From Okamejei kenojei (Eukaryota), in the NCBI GenBank assembly GCA_035221665.1, contig CM069165.1, positions 19,902,001-19,966,000 of the forward strand: a stretch of 64,000 bases of DNA. The letters run 5' to 3'. The notes under the pieces were generated by a model that ran no database searches, was not told the origin of the DNA, and saw nothing but the letters and a program-made list of their open reading frames with translations. The position numbers were made by a program, and so were the translations under genes. Shown one piece after another: positions 63,401 through 64,000 of the stretch. Within the stretch, counting starts at the first letter, position 1. The number at the start of each line of letters is the position of its first letter.

Positions 63401-63840
63401 TTATGACATGAAAATATATTGGCTGAACTGATATGCATTTTGCTTTTACACTCTAAGAAAATTCCAATATTTGCACCATAATAAACTGCTCCAAACAAGA
63501 TTAAAACAATGAAGTACACACCAGAAGGAATCAGAATAATAATTGAACAGGATGTAAAATAATAAAAATTGCTCAAAATTTCTTAATGCAATGGCATTTA
63601 CCTGAAACTCTTGCTGAGCAAGCGACTCCATAATTTTCTCTTCTGCTGGTTCACCGGAAGGGGTGCTTGCTGGAGTGAGTTGATCAAGATCAGTGAGGTC
63701 TTCTTTTGATGCTGTCTTTGAAGAAAATTCCACACCACTGTCTGTGGCAGGGCTTAAGATAATTGATGCATTTTCAGAAATAGTCGTTGAACCTGCACTG
63801 CTCACAGGTATCACCGAATGTTCCAGGAAGGATGGCTCAC
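9163..63840 (-). CDS. GBF1: GBF1 Golgi brefeldin A-resistant Arf-GEF, spliced gene: 31 coding exons in window, 5' exons outside
   Basis: HUS motif (YINFDCDFY), Sec7 domain ([16 protein letters not shown]), HDS domains and C-terminal [16 protein letters not shown]...SEVN*. All exons join in frame with GT-AG sites. Confidence 0.97.
10470..11395 (+). mobile_element. GC-rich non-autonomous repeat related to the Helitron-like elements at 13880-14830
   Basis: Shares blocks with 14309-14830 (ttacatat.ccgg.agagatt, atttctcgagtt, tattgcgtt.gggaac.a.ccc). Contains long G and C runs. Ends unclear. Confidence 0.5.
12280..12420 (-). CDS. GBF1: GBF1 exon ([17 protein letters not shown]...TEACAK)
   Basis: ttttgtag acceptor, G|gtgagc donor, open, phase 1-1. 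Confidence 0.8.
12997..13033 (+). mobile_element. Orphan Tc1 terminal fragment (same family as 15013-16593)
   Basis: TA|cagtgcattcagaaagttttcagaccccttcactttt matches the TIR tip of 15013-16593. Confidence 0.75.
13355..13532 (-). CDS. GBF1: GBF1 exon ([19 protein letters not shown]...[23 protein letters not shown])
   Basis: Conserved HDS3 peptide, splice sites present, phase 0-1. Confidence 0.95.
13880..14830 (+). mobile_element. Two head-to-tail Helitron-like non-autonomous elements (about 13880-14306 and 14309-14830)
   Basis: Both start ctat..taaaa.tct plus a TG-rich tract and end cagacccaa...tCTAG|T. No TIR or TSD. Internal 57-bp tandem repeat. Confidence 0.55.
14104..14217 (+). repeat. 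57-bp direct tandem repeat, two copies
   Basis: cactcactcattttgtggcct.ctgctggccag.caccataac.gcagctg.tgcag at 14104-14160 and 14161-14217. Confidence 0.9.
15013..16593 (-). mobile_element. Near full-length Tc1 (Sleeping Beauty-like IR/DR) transposon with pseudogenised transposase
   Basis: TA flanks on both sides. ~210-bp TIRs with inner and outer DRs (tattcagaccc). Transposase fragments [46 protein letters not shown], with frameshifts and QQDN changed to QQAN. Confidence 0.95.
16795..16908 (-). CDS. GBF1: GBF1 exon ([38 protein letters not shown])
   Basis: Conserved peptide, phase 0-0. Confidence 0.95.
17785..17886 (-). CDS. GBF1: GBF1 exon ([34 protein letters not shown])
   Basis: Conserved peptide, phase 0-0. 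Confidence 0.95.
17987..18117 (-). CDS. GBF1: GBF1 exon ([26 protein letters not shown]...CFNK)
   Basis: Conserved peptide, phase 1-0. Confidence 0.95.
18395..18775 (-). mobile_element. Penelope-like element 3' end with terminal repeat
   Basis: Reverse complement of the ctgaagaagggtc...actccagcactttgtg repeat seen at 46413 and 61025, plus the end of a GIY-YIG-type 3' region. Confidence 0.6.
19060..20400 (-). mobile_element. CR1 (HER1-like) LINE fragments, RT C-terminus and 3' UTR, at least two nested pieces
   Basis: [14 protein letters not shown]...INDLDEG...KFGDD...[21 protein letters not shown], followed by a CR1-type 3' tail. Confidence 0.85.
20835..20985 (-). CDS. GBF1: GBF1 exon ([13 protein letters not shown]...CWCPLLQ)
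   Basis: Conserved peptide, phase 0-1. Confidence 0.95.
21590..21860 (+). mobile_element. Old CR1 fragment
   Basis: Decayed ORF2 C-terminal region (LDKLGLFTL.....LRGD). Confidence 0.45.
22300..22502 (-). CDS. GBF1: GBF1 exon (GYKTHER...[17 protein letters not shown][VSQD]); alternative donors at 22312 and 22300
   Basis: Conserved [11 protein letters not shown]. Two in-frame donors, CAG|gttagt and GAT|gtaagt. Confidence 0.92.
23064..23310 (-). CDS. GBF1: GBF1 exon (VGRDD...[45 protein letters not shown])
   Basis: Conserved peptide, phase 0-1. Confidence 0.95.
24030..24610 (+). mobile_element. CR1 LINE 3' fragment
   Basis: LVRxQLEYCV...[13 protein letters not shown]...SSGHRFK coding remnants plus 3' UTR. 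Confidence 0.75.
24890..25050 (-). CDS. GBF1: GBF1 exon (GAQSDSE...[11 protein letters not shown]...[16 protein letters not shown])
   Basis: Conserved phospho-regulated linker motifs, phase 1-0. Confidence 0.93.
25195..25390 (+). mobile_element. tRNA-derived SINE (HE1/V-SINE-like)
   Basis: agcggtaga...ccgggtttgatcc (B-box-like), then cctcccacattccaaagacgtacaggtttg core. Confidence 0.65.
26700..26965 (+). mobile_element. LINE 3' end (L2 or Rex-Babar-like)
   Basis: Ends ...tttcactgtacctcggtacacgtgacaat..ctgaaactgaa. Related tails at about 3000-3245 and 56780-57220. Confidence 0.5.
27071..27296 (-). CDS. GBF1: GBF1 exon ([13 protein letters not shown]...[11 protein letters not shown]...[10 protein letters not shown])
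   Basis: Conserved peptide, phase 0-1. Confidence 0.95.
27867..28020 (-). CDS. GBF1: GBF1 exon ([14 protein letters not shown]...[24 protein letters not shown])
   Basis: Conserved peptide, phase 2-0. Confidence 0.95.
28947..29041 (-). CDS. GBF1: GBF1 exon ([32 protein letters not shown])
   Basis: Conserved peptide, phase 0-2. Confidence 0.95.
29451..29522 (-). CDS. GBF1: GBF1 exon ([24 protein letters not shown])
   Basis: Conserved peptide, phase 0-0. Confidence 0.95.
30604..30727 (-). CDS. GBF1: GBF1 exon ([16 protein letters not shown]...AALECIK)
   Basis: Conserved peptide, phase 2-0. Confidence 0.95.
30970..31350 (+). mobile_element. LINE 3' end (Rex-Babar-like)
   Basis: DPPHPGHTL...LPSGRxY...RFRNSF-like C-terminus. 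Tail gggacatatgacaataaaacactcttgact is shared with 20600-20735. Confidence 0.6.
32052..32116 (-). CDS. GBF1: GBF1 exon ([22 protein letters not shown])
   Basis: Conserved peptide, phase 0-2. Confidence 0.95.
34108..35290. repeat. Long inverted repeat, arms about 34108-34349 and 35043-35290
   Basis: The arms align in reverse complement over ~240 bp, e.g. ggtacaaagttctagg.agcacaccct and agtcagcctgtggaaaaaa.tattggaaca. The spacer contains LINE fragments. Confidence 0.9.
36330..36506 (-). CDS. GBF1: GBF1 exon ([12 protein letters not shown]...[13 protein letters not shown]...LLPKAMIE)
   Basis: Conserved HDS1 peptide, phase 0-0. Confidence 0.95.
37869..37962 (-). CDS. GBF1: GBF1 exon ([31 protein letters not shown])
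   Basis: Conserved peptide, phase 2-0. Confidence 0.95.
39199..39435 (-). CDS. GBF1: GBF1 exon ([12 protein letters not shown]...[15 protein letters not shown]...ISGFR)
   Basis: End of Sec7 and start of HDS1, phase 2-2. Confidence 0.95.
40697..41042 (+). mobile_element. CR1 (HER1-like) LINE 3' end
   Basis: [27 protein letters not shown]...[10 protein letters not shown] plus tail gatgggccgaatggcctaat. Confidence 0.88.
41804..41886 (-). CDS. GBF1: GBF1 Sec7 exon ([28 protein letters not shown])
   Basis: Sec7 peptide, phase 0-2. Confidence 0.95.
43793..43918 (-). CDS. GBF1: GBF1 Sec7 exon ([42 protein letters not shown])
   Basis: Sec7 motif 2 with the BFA-sensitivity methionine (IMLNTD), phase 0-0. 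Confidence 0.96.
44521..44890. mobile_element. 370-bp MITE with TIRs and 8-bp TSD (hAT or P superfamily)
   Basis: TIR (c/a)aaagatcctatagc...gctataggatctttg. TSD acgaatag at 44513-44520 and 44891-44898. Confidence 0.85.
45024..45147 (-). CDS. GBF1: GBF1 Sec7 exon with catalytic glutamate finger ([41 protein letters not shown])
   Basis: FRLPGE motif, phase 2-0. Confidence 0.96.
45542..46190 (-). mobile_element. Young 5'-truncated Penelope-like element with intact GIY-YIG endonuclease ORF (45823-46155) and terminal repeat
   Basis: [24 protein letters not shown]...RLTGH...HF...[17 protein letters not shown]. Flanked by a 12-bp direct repeat ttcataccactg (45530-45541 and 46191-46202). Confidence 0.88.
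46411..46443 (+). ncRNA. Minimal type I hammerhead ribozyme-like motif in a Penelope terminal repeat
   Basis: CUGAAGA-A-GGGU(CUUG)ACCC-GAAAC-GUC. Stem III is reduced to the palindrome ACGU and stem I is only ~2 bp, so activity is unproven. Confidence 0.55.
47230..47432 (-). CDS. GBF1: GBF1 Sec7 exon ([24 protein letters not shown]...[14 protein letters not shown]...FV)
   Basis: Sec7 N-terminal peptide, phase 0-2. Confidence 0.95.
47875..48018. other. Assembly gap (144 N) inside a GBF1 intron
   Basis: Run of N. The flanking exons join in frame (KKK|LLIT), so no constitutive exon is obviously missing. Confidence 0.98.
48992..49080 (-). CDS. GBF1: GBF1 exon ([30 protein letters not shown])
   Basis: Conserved KPPRFS...KKK. 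TAGCAG tandem acceptor, phase 1-0. Confidence 0.92.
49430..50410 (-). mobile_element. CR1 fragments (3' tail, endonuclease region, ORF1 end)
   Basis: [28 protein letters not shown] resembles the start of a CR1 APE endonuclease. The 3' tail is at 49430-49550. Confidence 0.7.
51151..51285 (-). CDS. GBF1: GBF1 linker exon (GNERAG...[23 protein letters not shown])
   Basis: tctgcag acceptor, G|gtaagg donor, open, phase 1-1. Confidence 0.85.
51760..52815. mobile_element. Decayed Penelope-like insertion, inverted fragment plus forward 3' end with terminal repeat
   Basis: [30 protein letters not shown] is a GIY-YIG remnant, with similar sequence on the opposite strand at 51760-52070. ~45-bp local duplication at 52355-52462. 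Confidence 0.7.
54618..55971. mobile_element. hAT-type non-autonomous element with nested CR1 tail (about 55020-55270, minus)
   Basis: Degenerate TIRs caggtccagcctta...taaggtcggccgctg, subterminal cccaattggg motifs, and 8-bp TSD ctttcaag (54610-54617 and 55972-55979). Confidence 0.78.
57287..58629 (-). mobile_element. Tc1 IR/DR transposon with decayed transposase and one TIR almost deleted
   Basis: [19 protein letters not shown]...[17 protein letters not shown]|cagtgccct at left and agggcactg|TA at right. Same family as 1-699. Confidence 0.9.
58981..59164 (-). CDS. GBF1: GBF1 exon ([33 protein letters not shown]...)
   Basis: Conserved peptide, phase 0-1. Confidence 0.95.
59737..59931 (-). 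CDS. GBF1: GBF1 HUS-box exon (MYLKKLM...[25 protein letters not shown])
   Basis: HUS box N(Y/F)DC, phase 0-0. Confidence 0.96.
60170..60652 (-). mobile_element. HE1/V-SINE-like tRNA SINE interrupted by a Penelope-derived fold-back insert
   Basis: Minus strand reads ggtggcacagtggggtagttggtagagc...ccgggatctatcc, then SINE core and CR1-derived tail. Confidence 0.7.
60294..60474. mobile_element. Fold-back Penelope terminal-repeat insertion with 15-bp TSD
   Basis: TSD taacctacaaacttt (60279-60293 and 60475-60489). 67-bp inverted arms. Nearly identical to 45545-45635. Confidence 0.85.
61018..61118 (+). mobile_element. Solo Penelope terminal repeat (hammerhead-like core with CUGAACA variant)
   Basis: cagtctgaacaagggtcttgacccgaaacgtcacccattcc...actccagcattt. 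Confidence 0.7.
61362..61460 (-). CDS. GBF1: GBF1 exon ([33 protein letters not shown])
   Basis: Conserved peptide, phase 0-0. Confidence 0.95.
61551..61762 (-). CDS. GBF1: GBF1 exon ([30 protein letters not shown]...CRHLFQ)
   Basis: Conserved peptide, phase 1-0. Confidence 0.95.
62265..62645. mobile_element. Decayed Penelope-like fragments in inverted arrangement
   Basis: Forward terminal repeat (gacccgaaac...ctgcctgacctgctgagtta) followed by a minus-strand 3' region similar to 18720-18775. Confidence 0.5.
62795..62987 (-). CDS. GBF1: GBF1 exon (GGRLDE...[10 protein letters not shown]...[20 protein letters not shown])
   Basis: Conserved [11 protein letters not shown], phase 0-1. The exact acceptor is slightly uncertain. 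Confidence 0.9.
63602..63840 (-). CDS. GBF1: GBF1 exon (GEPSFLE...[25 protein letters not shown]...QEFQ)
   Basis: Conserved DSGxEFSS...SKEDLTDL, phase 1-0. Confidence 0.9.
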
Positions 63841-64000
63841 CTTTAGACCAATAAATATATCAAACATTGAGATGACAAGATTAGTCTTTATTATCTATTT
63901 GTTCTTTCAACTCCCAATATGCAATATTGTCTTAATGTTTAAATTATGGATATGGGCTACTTTTCATTCATATATGTTAAGGTACCATTCAATACAGGTT

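Overview
Eukaryotic genomic DNA with spliced genes, from a vertebrate. The repeat set (HE1-like tRNA SINEs, CR1/HER1 LINEs, abundant Penelope-like elements) points to a cartilaginous fish, probably a skate or ray; this taxon call is inference. The window holds two convergent genes. On + are the last three coding exons of macroH2A2 (1017-6202), including a GC-AG intron. On - are 31 consecutive, phase-consistent coding exons of GBF1 (63840 to stop at 9163), whose 5' part lies beyond the window. Their putative poly(A) signals meet head-on at about 7800-7900. The introns carry two IR/DR Tc1 families, TIR elements with 8-bp TSDs, Helitron-like elements, LINE and SINE fragments, and a 144-N gap. The most notable observations are: a Penelope-like family whose terminal repeats carry minimal hammerhead-ribozyme cores and form TSD-flanked fold-back insertions; an apparently decayed in-frame GBF1 exon; an unusual macroH2A2 ADP-ribose-loop sequence; and a ~240-bp intronic inverted duplication. 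Exon coordinates were read by hand from the splice signals. Repeat boundaries are approximate unless a TSD or TIR is cited.
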